From positions 21,267 to 85,266 of IMG/VR virus record IMGVR_UViG_3300037510_000012: 64,000 bases of DNA; one strand, 5' to 3'. Under the pieces are notes generated by a model. The model saw only the letters and a list, made by a program, of their open reading frames with translations, was not told where the DNA came from and ran no database searches. Below, piece by piece: positions 28,536 to 37,315 of the stretch. Both the position numbers and the translations under genes were made by a program. The number at the start of each line of letters is the position of its first letter. The stretch's first letter is position 1. Source of the stretch: a virus (Duplodnaviria > Heunggongvirae > Uroviricota > Caudoviricetes).

Positions 28536-28724
28536 ATGGGATGCTGGGATATCGAGCCTAAGACTGAAGAGGAAATTCAGGAACAGGCAAAGAAGATGCT
28601 CAATCACCCACTTTACATCAAGTTTTTCAAGATTCCACAGGACGAAAGTTTTCAGGAAATCTCTGAAAAGATGATGGAAAATCCATCAACACGAGTTGAT
28701 TATCTCAGATTGATGGGAAAGTAA
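28536..28724 (+). CDS. hypothetical protein
   Basis: ORF track; RBS TAAGGAGAACAAA. Confidence 0.45.
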   Translation: MGCWDIEPKTEEEIQEQAKKMLNHPLYIKFFKIPQDESFQEISEKMMENPSTRVDYLRLMGK

Positions 28725-28746
28725 GTAAGACGCCCGAAAGGGCAAT

Positions 28747-28832
28747 GGATGTGTAACACGTAATTGGTAGCGTCGCGGCCTGTAAAGCCGTTGTCCGAAA
28801 GGGCTCTGGGGGTTCAAGTCCCTCCGCATCCA
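28747..28832 (+). tRNA. tRNA-Tyr(GTA), class II
   Basis: Anticodon arm CGGC-CTGTAAA-GCCG; long variable arm; T GGGGG-TTCAAGT-CCCTC. Confidence 0.8.
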
Positions 28833-28834
28833 CT

Positions 28835-28906
28835 GTGTCGGTAGCTTAATGGTAGAGCGTTGCGTTGTGGTCGCAATGGTTGCGGGTTCAAATCCCGTCC
28901 GACACC
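28835..28906 (+). tRNA. tRNA-His(GTG)
   Basis: Acceptor GTGTCGG/CCGACAC 7/7; anticodon arm TTGCG-TTGTGGT-CGCAA. Confidence 0.85.
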
Positions 28907-28908
28907 CC

Positions 28909-28980
28909 GGTCCTTTGTTGCGAGTGGCTAGCAATCGGTCTGCAAAACCGAATACGTGGGTTCGAATCCCACAAGGGCCT
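28909..28980 (+). tRNA. tRNA-Cys(GCA)
   Basis: Anticodon arm TCGGT-CTGCAAA-ACCGA; T GTGGG-TTCGAAT-CCCAC. Confidence 0.8.
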
Positions 28981-29344
28981 CTATACATTCTCCGCCTGAA
29001 TGTAGAAGGTAACCGCAAGTGTAAAACGCCTTGAAAGCGTGCCTGTGAAAGCGGAACGGGACTCCTCTAGCAGGGAGATTGAAACCATAGGGAATAGCCC
29101 GTATAGACCTATGGCACCACGGACTACGATGTGCTAGCATTGGTGGTGGTTCCGGAGAAGAGGCTAGTCACCTCCAACTGGGTATTATGGTAAGATGAGT
29201 TTCGGATGTTGGCTCTTGAAATACTAAGCATTCAGCGGGTAATGTGAGTTAGGCGGGGGAGCCTGCAAACCTCACAGAATGGCCAGGACTGATACATCCT
29301 CCCGTGAAACGTATTCAGAGCGTAAGCTGCTACTTACGCATCAT

Positions 29345-29417
29345 TCCCCTATAGCATAATCGGCAGTGCACCGGACTGTTAATCCGCAAAGTTCTGGTTC
29401 GAATCCAGATGGGGGAG
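29345..29417 (+). tRNA. tRNA-Asn(GTT)
   Basis: Anticodon arm CGGA-CTGTTAA-TCCG; T TCTGG-TTCGAAT-CCAGA. Confidence 0.7.
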
Positions 29418-29671
29418 CCACACGCACAGAATTGGGAAAAGAACGGATTTGGAAACCACGCAATAACCATGGTAAAGGTGGTGAAAGATGAAGGGGAGAT
29501 ACTGAAGAGCGGTGCGCCAAGACTATTATCTTGGTAAGGCACCCGCGTGGGACCAAGCTTAGTGGCATCGGTCGAGTGCCCATCTAGAACAATTCGTTTA
29601 TCCTGGTATACGCGCTTTCGCGGCGGATTGTTTGAAGATAAAGGGGTCACGCCCATTCGGCCTTTTTTAAT

Positions 29672-29744
29672 GCCTCCGTAGTGAAATGGACAATCACGCT
29701 AGTCTTCGGAACTAGAATTACGGGTTCGAATCCTGTCGGGGGTA
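29672..29744 (+). tRNA. tRNA-Arg(TCG)
   Basis: D GTGA/TCAC; anticodon arm CTAGT-CTTCGGA-ACTAG; T ACGGG-TTCGAAT-CCTGT. Confidence 0.75.
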
Positions 29745-29921
29745 CATGGCAAAGGAAGCAAAGGTAGGCTCCATCGTTTTGATTCTTACAGGAGAGGGCG
29801 AAGGAGATACTGCAACCGTAGATAGAGTTGACAGAAGTGGCAATATTCGGGCCAAGATGAATAGAGGTCCGAAGTCTGGCCAGTCTGTCTTGTCTCGAAA
29901 GGGAAATTACAGGGTGATTTC

Positions 29922-30095
29922 ATGATTAAGAAGAATGATAAGGTACGCATCTTATACGGAAACCGGGCGGGTGTAATGGCCAAGGTGCTCCGTGTGTATG
30001 ACACCAATAACATCAAGGCTAGGGTAATTACTGACGGACCCTTCAAGGGCGAAATCCTTGAGGTAGTCAGAGAAGGTCACTACGCCAAGGCTTGA
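29922..30095 (+). CDS. small KOW/SH3-like protein (57 aa)
   Basis: Translated codon by codon: MIKKNDKVRILYGNRAGVMAKV... Confidence 0.45.
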   Translation: MIKKNDKVRILYGNRAGVMAKVLRVYDTNNIKARVITDGPFKGEILEVVREGHYAKA

Positions 30096-30128
30096 CAGTA
30101 CGAAGCACAGACTGTAAGGTCTGTGTAT

Positions 30129-30200
30129 GCCCTTGAAGTTCAAAGGATGAACAACTCCCTCCTAAGGAGCAGGCTGCTGGTTCGAATCCAGTCAGGGGCA
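30129..30200 (+). tRNA. tRNA-Arg(CCT)
   Basis: Acceptor GCCCTTG/CAGGGGC 7/7; D GTTC/GAAC; loop CTCCTAA; T GCTGG-TTCGAAT-CCAGT. Confidence 0.7.
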
Positions 30201-30305
30201 CAAGAAAAAATATACAAGGCACAGGGGTTTGGCCCGTCCCCGAATCATGAGCCTTGGGTTCTCGTCCATAGAGAATTTAAGTCAACGGGCCTGCCAAGGA
30301 GTGAT

Positions 30306-30500
30306 ATGGCTAAGACAAGGAAAATGATTGGCGTCTACTTCGGCAATGATAAGAAAAAGAACTGGATTGGTTCTGCTCATAACAAAGCCATGGTAGAGTT
30401 GCTTATTGAAGCACATATGGGCGCTACTGGAAGAAAGCGCAATGAGTACAAAACGTTCAACTATACTGATGACCCTGAAAAATTGGGGCCACCAGACTAA
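30306..30500 (+). CDS. hypothetical protein (64 aa)
   Basis: Internal ATG after AAGGAG; the track ORF 30123 begins inside a tRNA. Confidence 0.45.
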   Translation: MAKTRKMIGVYFGNDKKKNWIGSAHNKAMVELLIEAHMGATGRKRNEYKTFNYTDDPEKLGPPD

Positions 30501-30779
30501 GGGGTAGCTTGGTTTCGACTTTGCTGGACGGGATATAAACGCAACCCTTCTTGGTCAAAGAAGTAAAACGGGCCAACCAAATAAATGCAAACTCTATGAA
30601 TGCATCTGCTTTCGCTCTAGCAGCGTAAAAGCCGGGTTTGTCGGGAACCTAGGAACAGAATCCCGACTAGTACAAAATGTGTAGATAATGTGTAAGACCC
30701 TTCAGTGTGATTGACAATGGTTGTAGAACGGTTATATGCTAGATAGTAAAGGACGCGGGTTCGACTCCCGCCTACTCCA
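30501..30779 (+). ncRNA. ssrA: tmRNA (ssrA) with tag reading frame ANSMNASAFALAA*
   Basis: 5' GGGGTAGCTTGGTTTCGAC...GGGATATAAACGCAACCC matches E. coli ssrA GGGGCTGATTCTGGATTCGACGGGATTTGCGAAACCC. 3' GGACGCGGGTTCGACTCCCGCCTACTCCA matches GGACGCGGGTTCAACTCCCGCCAGCTCCA. Acceptor has the G3-U70 Ala identity pair; tag frame runs GCA...GCT CTA GCA GCG TAA. Confidence 0.75.
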
Positions 30780-31561
30780 CACAGAAAGATATGGTAATGA
30801 GAGTAACAAATCTCTACATCTATGGTACTGTCGAGTACCTGCGTAGGCTTGAGGAAGACTACGTGTTCATGGGTAGACAAGTGAGACTTGAAGATGATAG
30901 GCTCATCGTGTTCGCGCTTCCCAGGAAGAAGCGAAAGAAGTCTCCCAGTAAGCAGCGCCGTAGGCGTTGACAGACAGGGTTGGAACCTGTTAAGGTATAA
31001 GTAGAAGGTCAGGCAGTCGGACAAGGCTTAGGCGAGTGAGAGTAGTTCAAGCGGTGGTAACTTAAATGCCCACTTAATGATGCTCAACAAATCGGTGGGA
31101 TGCGAGTGGACTAGTCCTGACCTTTTAAGCTTCAATCTGTGGATAACGAAAGGGGTCCGGCGTTCTGTGAACTGGCAGTCGGGTAGCCTGGCATGATACA
31201 ATAAACCTCTAGCGGGGTTAGTCACCCAAGAGTAAAGTTCATTGAGGGTGAGCAGATTGAAAACTAGGTTGCGAGAGGGACAACGGGTGTGCTAAGGTTA
31301 GGTACCGAATCAAGGCACCAAGGTAGATAAGGGGAGAACAGCAAAGGGTCTCCGTGTATCGCAACCAAGCTTTGCAGCAAGCAGGCCAAACGCTATAGAC
31401 AGGGATACAAGGTTCTGAAAAGATAACGCCCATTTGGCAGGGTAGAAAGTTATCACCTGATGCTATCCACGCTGCAACTATGGAGATGACCGGAAACTTC
31501 TCCATAAGCTTCCTTCGTACAAAGCTGTAGGAATAAAAACAAACACGAAGGGTATTAAAAT

Positions 31562-32446
31562 ATGTGGTACATTGGTTTCGCCAGTCTCTTTATTCTCGTC
31601 GGTCTGGTCGCTTTCGTAGTCGGTTTCATGACTAAGAATGACCCGAGCGTTCGAAAGGGGGCCTATGGTGTAACTGCCGCAATGGTTCTTCTGCTTGTGG
31701 TTGTCACTGCGTTTAATTCTGTGACTAAGGTTGATGCTCGTAACGTCGGTATTCAGACTGCTTTTGGTCGGTACCAGGGACAGCTTGACAATGGTCTTCA
31801 GATTATCGCACCTTGGTCTGAGCACGAGGATTTCTCGACGCAGATTCAGTACCTTGACCTTGATGGCGACAAGTGGGCTGATGGCGCTCCGGTCACGTTT
31901 TCTGGTGGTGGTCGTGGTGTTGTTTACGCTACTCCGCGTTGGTACATCAACAAGGAGGATGCTGGTCAGCTCTGGAAGAAGTACAAGACTCTTGACAACG
32001 TGAGTGACCGTCTTGTAAGGTCTTCTGTGAAGGACTCGTTCCGAGCCGTCATGACGGAGTACACCCCGAATGACGCTCGTACCAACGTTCGTGAGATTAC
32101 TCAGAAGGTCGAAGATGACCTTGCCCGTACGCTTGGTGATGATGGTATTAAGATTGACTCCATCAGCATCCGTGATATTCAGCTTGACGACCGTACTCAG
32201 GCTTCTCTCGACAAGATTGTTCAGGCGAACAACGACATTGAGCGAGCCAAGGCGGAGCAGCAGCGTGCTAAGATTGACGCTGAGACGCTGAAGATTAAGC
32301 AGAAGGGCGGTAACCTTACCGAGGGTGGTCTTACTGACAAGTGTCTCACGGTGATGGACAAGTGGGACGTCAAGAAGAATGGTAACCTTCCTGCGGGATT
32401 CTCCTGCAATGGTGTGGGTACTCCGTTCACTGTCACCAACAAGTGA
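31562..32446 (+). CDS. SPFH/band-7 (stomatin/prohibitin/HflK-like) membrane protein
   Basis: N-terminal TM helix; SPFH core; coiled-coil tail. Confidence 0.7.
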   Translation: MWYIGFASLFILVGLVAFVVGFMTKNDPSVRKGAYGVTAAMVLLLVVVTAFNSVTKVDARNVGIQTAFGRYQGQLDNGLQIIAPWSEHEDFSTQIQYLDLDGDKWADGAPVTFSGGGRGVVYATPRWYINKEDAGQLWKKYKTLDNVSDRLVRSSVKDSFRAVMTEYTPNDARTNVREITQKVEDDLARTLGDDGIKIDSISIRDIQLDDRTQASLDKIVQANNDIERAKAEQQRAKIDAETLKIKQKGGNLTEGGLTDKCLTVMDKWDVKKNGNLPAGFSCNGVGTPFTVTNK

Positions 32447-32451
32447 CAATC

Positions 32452-32475
32452 GCGGCCCTTCGGGGCCGCAAGCTT
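32452..32475 (+). repeat. hairpin-CAAGCTT element (identical stem-loop to the 4741 copy)
   Basis: GCGGCCCTTCGGGGCCGCAAGCTT. Confidence 0.8.
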
Positions 32476-32502
32476 ACCTGACAATTTACCTAAGGAGTTG
32501 AA

Positions 32503-32805
32503 ATGGCTACCGGCAAGGAGCGCGGCTACAAGGATTGGAAGCTCTCCAAGGAATTCAAGCGCAGTGCTCGAAACTACACTGAGACCGATGTTATGCCCGC
32601 TCGTAAGGTTCGACCCAAGAACGCCAAGAAGTGGTGCAAGAAGAAGATTGGTCGTGAGCACAAGTTTGAGAAGACCGGAATGACTTTCTTCTGGGCGGGT
32701 TACTTTCCTTGGCAGATTCGTGACGAATGGCGCACTAGCTACAAGTGTACTGACTGTGGTGCTACCAAGACCGAAAGCGTTTTTCGAGACGTTCCGGTTG
32801 ACTGA
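32503..32805 (+). CDS. hypothetical protein with C-terminal zinc knuckle
   Basis: RBS TAAGGAG; preceded by hairpin-AAGCTT. Confidence 0.55.
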   Translation: MATGKERGYKDWKLSKEFKRSARNYTETDVMPARKVRPKNAKKWCKKKIGREHKFEKTGMTFFWAGYFPWQIRDEWRTSYKCTDCGATKTESVFRDVPVD

Positions 32806-32839
32806 TTGGACACTCAATCTCTCACTGGTATAATGGAGA

Positions 32840-33286
32840 ATGAATCCATCAAGTTGGGAGGAAATTATGAGCGATACATTCCTAGAACAAATGGGATTTA
32901 AGTTCATTGCCGACCTTTTGACGGAAATCCGAAATGGCCAGTTGAGATTGGAGGAAATCATGGCAGACCTACAGACAGAAGTTGCAGAGCTTCGTGATGC
33001 AGTTTCAGGCGTATCAGCACGTGTTGATGCACTCGTTGGACCACTTACGGATGCCGTACGAGAGGCACAGGATGCTCTAGCAGCAGAGCGTGAGGCAGCG
33101 GCTAATCTAGCAGCAGCAGAAGACGCTGAGGACGTTGAGCAGAATCGTCAGCTAGATGAGGCTAAGGCAGCTACAGACGCAGCCCTAGCAAACGCTCAGC
33201 AGGCATCAGATGAAATTAGTGCGGAAACAGACCGTCTAAATTCAATTGCACAGCCAACCACAACTCCAGAAGAGCCACAGGCTTGA
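32840..33286 (+). CDS. alanine-rich coiled-coil protein
   Basis: RBS GGGAGGAAA; Ala/Glu-rich repeats. Confidence 0.55.
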   Translation: MNPSSWEEIMSDTFLEQMGFKFIADLLTEIRNGQLRLEEIMADLQTEVAELRDAVSGVSARVDALVGPLTDAVREAQDALAAEREAAANLAAAEDAEDVEQNRQLDEAKAATDAALANAQQASDEISAETDRLNSIAQPTTTPEEPQA

Positions 33287-33306
33287 TAATTAAATAACTT
33301 TCAGAA

Positions 33307-33335
33307 CCCCGCTTCGGCGGGGTTTCTGTTTTTGG
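33307..33335 (+). terminator. rho-independent terminator
   Basis: CCCCGC-TTCG-GCGGGG followed by TTTCTGTTTTT. Confidence 0.7.
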
Positions 33336-33342
33336 AGGATAA

Positions 33343-33525
33343 ATGAGAAAGTTCTACGCTATTGGATATGATGAAGCATCAGCACTAAAGGCATGTGTGA
33401 ATGGCTGGTACACAAACCAACCTTTCTGGCCTGAGTATGATACACTCCTTCCATATCTTGAGCAAGCAAAGAAGATTGTTCCTGAGATTCCATTGAGGAT
33501 TTACACAATCAAGGTTGGTGGATAG
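33343..33525 (+). CDS. hypothetical protein
   Basis: Follows the terminator at 33307-33335; RBS GGAGGATAA. Confidence 0.45.
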   Translation: MRKFYAIGYDEASALKACVNGWYTNQPFWPEYDTLLPYLEQAKKIVPEIPLRIYTIKVGG

Positions 33526-33787
33526 AATGTCAAAGAGCCGGAAGAAGTTTCTTTGCCTGGACTGTGGAGTTGATACGGGCCGGATTGGCGAACACTACAT
33601 GCTCATTGATGAGACGTGGCACTTGACAGGGCTTCGCAAGTATGGAATGCTCTGTATTGAGCACGTAGAGAAGCGCATCGGTCGTGAGCTTACGGCCAGT
33701 GACTTCAACGACTCGTACCTGAACAACGCTCGTACAGGTATCGTAAGCCAAAGACTTGCAGAGCGTATGGGTCTTATGGTAAGGTAG
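33515..33787 (+). CDS. zinc-finger protein
   Basis: CLDCG...C..H. Confidence 0.5.
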   Translation: MVDRMSKSRKKFLCLDCGVDTGRIGEHYMLIDETWHLTGLRKYGMLCIEHVEKRIGRELTASDFNDSYLNNARTGIVSQRLAERMGLMVR

Positions 33788-33809
33788 ATTTATCGCCCTT
33801 CGGGGCAAT

Positions 33810-33892
33810 GCACATATGGCGGAATGGCAGACGCGCTAGCTTGAGGTGCTAGTCTCAGAAATGGGGTGGGAGTTCGACTCTCCCTATGTGCA
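33810..33892 (+). tRNA. tRNA-Leu(GAG), class II
   Basis: Acceptor GCACATA/TATGTGC 7/7; anticodon arm CTAGC-TTGAGGT-GCTAG; T GGGAG-TTCGACT-CTCCC. Confidence 0.8.
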
Positions 33893-33893
33893 C

Positions 33894-34048
33894 GTCCTTG
33901 TAGCTTAAAAGGAAGAGCGCCGTAAAAACGGAGACGGGTCATAATAGGAAAGGTTGCGGATGCACCGAATGGCTCTAGTAGGGTCTGTAGGGAAGCGCGT
34001 TTTCCAAGCCTATTTACAGTGGTGTGAGTTCGAATCTCACCAGGGACA
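33894..34048 (+). tRNA. tRNA-like gene with an ~80-nt insertion between the D-arm and T-arm (intron-containing, split or degenerate)
   Basis: Acceptor GTCCTTG/CAGGGAC pairs 7/7 across 155 nt; D-arm GCTT..GAGC; T GTGAG-TTCGAAT-CTCAC; no canonical anticodon arm found. Confidence 0.4.
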
Positions 34049-34219
34049 CATGGCTTATCTAAGAGTAGGTGCACAGGTTACAATTTGTGAGAACTTCAAT
34101 AAGAAGGGTCGAAATTGGAAGAACGTAACTGGCTATATTCTTATGATGACTCGCAAGGAAGTGACAGTGCAAACAGAGTATGGTCAAATTATCGTACCTA
34201 GGAAAAAGGTGGTGGCTAA

Positions 34220-34495
34220 TTGAGCTACATTGTCTGGCGCGACCTTCTTGATATGGATGAGAATGACCCACTTTTCGAGCGGGTTAGCGGTCTTGATGAC
34301 ATTATCACTCAGAAATACCAGCAGGGTTGGGTAGAAGATGAATTCGGAATTGGCTGGACCATTGAACAGGCTGAGGAATACATGAAGGAAAAGGGTTATC
34401 CATGTATCTTTCCAGAGCCTAGTTGCTACAATACTCTACTTATCCTGGCATACATGATTAAGAATGGAGAAATTGACCTCAATGGGAATCTTTAA
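34220..34495 (+). CDS. hypothetical protein
   Basis: ORF track. Confidence 0.5.
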   Translation: MSYIVWRDLLDMDENDPLFERVSGLDDIITQKYQQGWVEDEFGIGWTIEQAEEYMKEKGYPCIFPEPSCYNTLLILAYMIKNGEIDLNGNL

Positions 34496-34652
34496 TCGAG
34501 ACGGATTCAAGAACGGTCAGAAGGTTTATATCCCTAAGATGGCTCAGTATGGTACCGTAAAGATGAAGCGTGGTGGTCTCATCAAGGTTAAGCCGTACAA
34601 GAGTAGTGATGAAATTTGGGTTCACCCTCATGAGATTGAGGATGGACGCTGA
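34464..34652 (+). CDS. small KOW/SH3-like protein
   Basis: ORF track; NGQKVYIPKMAQYGTVKMK. Confidence 0.45.
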   Translation: MEKLTSMGIFNRDGFKNGQKVYIPKMAQYGTVKMKRGGLIKVKPYKSSDEIWVHPHEIEDGR

Positions 34653-34666
34653 GCCCGAAAGGGCAT

Positions 34667-34756
34667 GGAAGTGTGGCTGAGTCCGGTTTAAGGCGCTTCA
34701 CTGCTAATGAAGTGGTTTCGTAAAGAGGCCCGCAGGTTCGAATCCTGTCACTTCCG
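34667..34756 (+). tRNA. tRNA-Ser(GCT), class II
   Basis: Acceptor GGAAGTG/CACTTCC 7/7; anticodon arm CTTCA-CTGCTAA-TGAAG; variable arm GGTTTCGTAAAGAGGCC; T GCAGG-TTCGAAT-CCTGT. Confidence 0.85.
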
Positions 34757-34770
34757 CTGGAGTTGATAAC

Positions 34771-34929
34771 ATGAAACTCTTCAAGAGAAAGTTTCCTTTT
34801 AAGAAAAAGGATTGTCCACACATGCATGTTCGTAATATCTACGGTGATGAAATCATTGCTGCTGGATGGCGTAGAAGTCAGTGTATGGACTGTAGTACAT
34901 TCTTTAAGAGCCTAAACGGAAAGGCATAG
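34771..34929 (+). CDS. small zinc-finger protein (52 aa)
   Basis: Translated by eye; CPH...C..C. Confidence 0.35.
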   Translation: MKLFKRKFPFKKKDCPHMHVRNIYGDEIIAAGWRRSQCMDCSTFFKSLNGKA

Positions 34930-34931
34930 AA

Positions 34932-35999
34932 ATGGTACACGTTTCGAAGATTTTCTCGCTCGATGCGTTGCAGAAGGATATCGATGCGGGATTGGTACGT
35001 TCACAGGTAAATGAGGATGGGACGCTCCGCATTTACAATTACACCGAAGAGGTTCAGTACAAGCGAATGTGGAATGACGTTACGCTGAATTGTCGTGGCC
35101 TTATTCTCGACAATTACATGCACGTTGTTGCTCGTCCATGGAAGAAGTTCTTCAATTTCGGTGAGCGTCCTCTTCTATTCAGCACTGACACTCCGGTTGA
35201 GGTGACTGACAAGAAGGATGGTTCATTGGGTATTCTTTATCGTCACCCAATGACCGGGGATTACCGAATTGCAACTCGTGGCTCTTTCTTGTCTGACCAG
35301 GCTATTCACGCTACAAAGGTCTGGGACAACAAGTACAGCCACATCGCACAGCCTTGGGATGGAGTTACATTCCTGTTTGAGATTGTGTACCCTGACAATC
35401 GCATTGTGCTGGATTACGGTGAGCTTGATGACCTAATCTTGCTGGGTGCCGTTCACAATCAGTATGGATGGTACTACGGTCCGAACGAGGCTGCTGGGAT
35501 GCTCAACTGGACTGGTCCTGTCACTGAGGTCTTTGAGTACCGGACCACGAACGACTGCTTCAAGGTGCACCGTTCAAATGCTGAGGGTCTGGTAATTCGG
35601 GCCGGTAGCGAGATGGTCAAGTTGAAGCAGGAGGACTACGTGGCTTTGCACAAGCTAGTCACAGGTCTGAACGAGCGTGCTGTATGGGAGCGCTTGAAGG
35701 CAGGCGAGACACGTGATAGTATCTGTGCATCGCTTCCCGATGAGTTCCACGGATTTGTTGACAAGGTTGCGGATGAGCTAGAGACAAAGTTCAACGAGAT
35801 TTACCACAGTTCCCACGTGGATTACTGTAAGGTGTTGAACATAATGCCTGGCAAATCAAGCATGAGTAAGGCAGACTGGCGTAAGATGTTCGCATCGCAC
35901 GCTGTTAAGATGCCTAACTACGACTTGATTTTCAACTACCTTGACAACCGTCCGGTACAGGAGTCTATTTGGAAAATGATTCGTCCTAAGGGCGAGTAA
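34932..35999 (+). CDS. ATP-dependent RNA ligase, T4 Rnl1-like
   Basis: Motif I KKDGSL (T4 Rnl1 is KEDGSL); motif III FEIVY; IV EGLVIR; V KLK. Confidence 0.7.
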   Translation: MVHVSKIFSLDALQKDIDAGLVRSQVNEDGTLRIYNYTEEVQYKRMWNDVTLNCRGLILDNYMHVVARPWKKFFNFGERPLLFSTDTPVEVTDKKDGSLGILYRHPMTGDYRIATRGSFLSDQAIHATKVWDNKYSHIAQPWDGVTFLFEIVYPDNRIVLDYGELDDLILLGAVHNQYGWYYGPNEAAGMLNWTGPVTEVFEYRTTNDCFKVHRSNAEGLVIRAGSEMVKLKQEDYVALHKLVTGLNERAVWERLKAGETRDSICASLPDEFHGFVDKVADELETKFNEIYHSSHVDYCKVLNIMPGKSSMSKADWRKMFASHAVKMPNYDLIFNYLDNRPVQESIWKMIRPKGE

Positions 36000-36038
36000 T
36001 TTTTCGGCGGGGTTCGCCCCGCCAAGCTTGGAGGAGAA

Positions 36039-36317
36039 ATGAAAAATCTGGATTATGAAAAAGTCATTGATGGATATAACGACCTTCGTGAAACATGCCT
36101 TGTAATTGCTAAGCTTAACGATGAGCTGATGGGTCCTGACAGATGGCTGAAGTTTGCCATCCAAGACTCGGATATCACGTTGATGTTTACAGAGCGAGGC
36201 ATCGTGTGCTATGGTAGTGCTTACACGACACAGACGATGGACAACGAACACTTCAGTTTCATGATTCCGTTTGAATATCTAGAGGAGTTTGAGGCAAATG
36301 CTAGAACTGGTGATTAA
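36039..36317 (+). CDS. hypothetical protein
   Basis: RBS GGAGGAGAAATG after a hairpin-AAGCTT. Confidence 0.5.
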   Translation: MKNLDYEKVIDGYNDLRETCLVIAKLNDELMGPDRWLKFAIQDSDITLMFTERGIVCYGSAYTTQTMDNEHFSFMIPFEYLEEFEANARTGD

Positions 36318-36717
36318 CCGGGGGATTCCTGGTAGTGGAAAGTCAACATATGCTCGTGAGTGGGTATTGAAGCCAGGAACCAGACGTGCTAGGGTTAATC
36401 GTGATGACATTCGAATGCAGCTCTATGGAGTTGAATTCGGTGTCCCGATTGAGGAGACTGTAGTAACGGCGGTTGAAGACCAGATGATTAACACCTTGCT
36501 TTCTGAGGGTGTCTCAGTCATCATTGATGACTGTAACATCAGTCAGCGATACATCAACAGGTTTACAAAGATGGGCGAGAAGCATGGCGCAGAGGTGAGA
36601 GTTAATCTCATCAACGTTGACCTTGCGACTGCTCTGGACCGGAATAGCAAGCGTGACCGTTTCGTTCCAACCCATGTAATTCAGGATATGTATAAGAGAC
36701 TTCAGGAGTCGCTGTAA
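36289..36717 (+). CDS. pnk: polynucleotide 5'-kinase (T4 Pnk kinase-domain-like)
   Basis: GIPGSGKSTYAREWV...VNRDD matches the T4 Pnk kinase domain (GCPGSGKSTWAREF...NRDD). Confidence 0.75.
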   Translation: MRQMLELVINRGIPGSGKSTYAREWVLKPGTRRARVNRDDIRMQLYGVEFGVPIEETVVTAVEDQMINTLLSEGVSVIIDDCNISQRYINRFTKMGEKHGAEVRVNLINVDLATALDRNSKRDRFVPTHVIQDMYKRLQESL

Positions 36718-36911
36718 TGTTTCTAGGAATTCTGGGCGGACTGCTAGTGACCTGGTTTCTCGCCGGGTTTTTCCTTGCAGGTGCTTGGGCCGGTATAGGA
36801 GGAGATAGATGGTATGACAGACTGTTTGGATGGTCTGTCAGCATTGTTTGTTTCCTTCTATGGTATTGGATTGTAGGCACCCACATCAATTGGGGAGGTT
36901 TGATTAAGTGA
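36717..36911 (+). CDS. small membrane protein
   Basis: Two TM helices. Confidence 0.45.
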   Translation: MFLGILGGLLVTWFLAGFFLAGAWAGIGGDRWYDRLFGWSVSIVCFLLWYWIVGTHINWGGLIK

Positions 36912-37129
36912 ACATTCCTGAGGCGGATTACTTTGATAACATTGAGGTAATGCCGCATGAAGAAGACTTCACTATGTGGAAGGTTGTTGGTGTCAGGGTT
37001 GACATTGACAATATCAAGATGACCACTCTTAAGGAGTACATCGCTAACAAGCCTCTTGCGGAAGCGTTCGTAAGATGGTACACTGATAAGTATTGGTCGG
37101 ACATGCTCGATGGTGCACAAGACTGTTGA
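36908..37129 (+). CDS. hypothetical protein
   Basis: ORF track. Confidence 0.5.
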   Translation: MNIPEADYFDNIEVMPHEEDFTMWKVVGVRVDIDNIKMTTLKEYIANKPLAEAFVRWYTDKYWSDMLDGAQDC

Positions 37130-37153
37130 GCAACTGCGGCTTCGGCCGCAAGC

Positions 37154-37183
37154 TTGACAACCACATCGGTTGTCTGTTAAGAT
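37154..37183 (+). promoter_or_regulatory. promoter TTGACA-N18-TAAGAT upstream of tRNA-Leu
   Basis: AAGCTTGACAACC ... TTAAGATAGAAT. Confidence 0.55.
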
Positions 37184-37199
37184 AGAATACATAACGCAA

Positions 37200-37283
37200 G
37201 CGGGTGTGGCGGAACTAGGCAGACGCGATAGGTTTAGGTCCTATTGTCCTTGTGGCGTGCAGGTTCGATTCCTGTCACCCGTA
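37200..37283 (+). tRNA. tRNA-Leu(TAG), class II
   Basis: Anticodon arm ATAGG-TTTAGGT-CCTAT; T GCAGG-TTCGATT-CCTGT; promoter TTGACA-N18-TAAGAT upstream. Confidence 0.85.
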
Positions 37284-37315
37284 CTTCAATCGTTGATACG
37301 AGGGAGTTAAATATA

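Noticed and set aside
29330-29656. Minus-strand ORFs in the tRNA/spacer region
   Set aside because: They overlap tRNA-Asn and structured non-coding sequence, with no RBS
30790-30970. 60-codon ORF after the tmRNA (first read as ~58 aa)
   Set aside because: Re-reading showed an in-frame TAG after 18 codons; only a 50-aa ORF from the ATG at 30821 remains, and it has no RBS, so it was not called
30971-31561. Group I intron or RNase P RNA in the 590-nt non-coding block
   Set aside because: None of the conserved RNase P motifs (GGAAAGTCCGG, AGGGTGAAA..GGTGCGGTAAGAGCGCACC) and no recognisable P7/P3 pairing are visible; this was left as an unexplained non-coding region
31478-32961. Minus-strand ORFs of 323 and 246 aa
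   Set aside because: Antisense to the SPFH and downstream + genes
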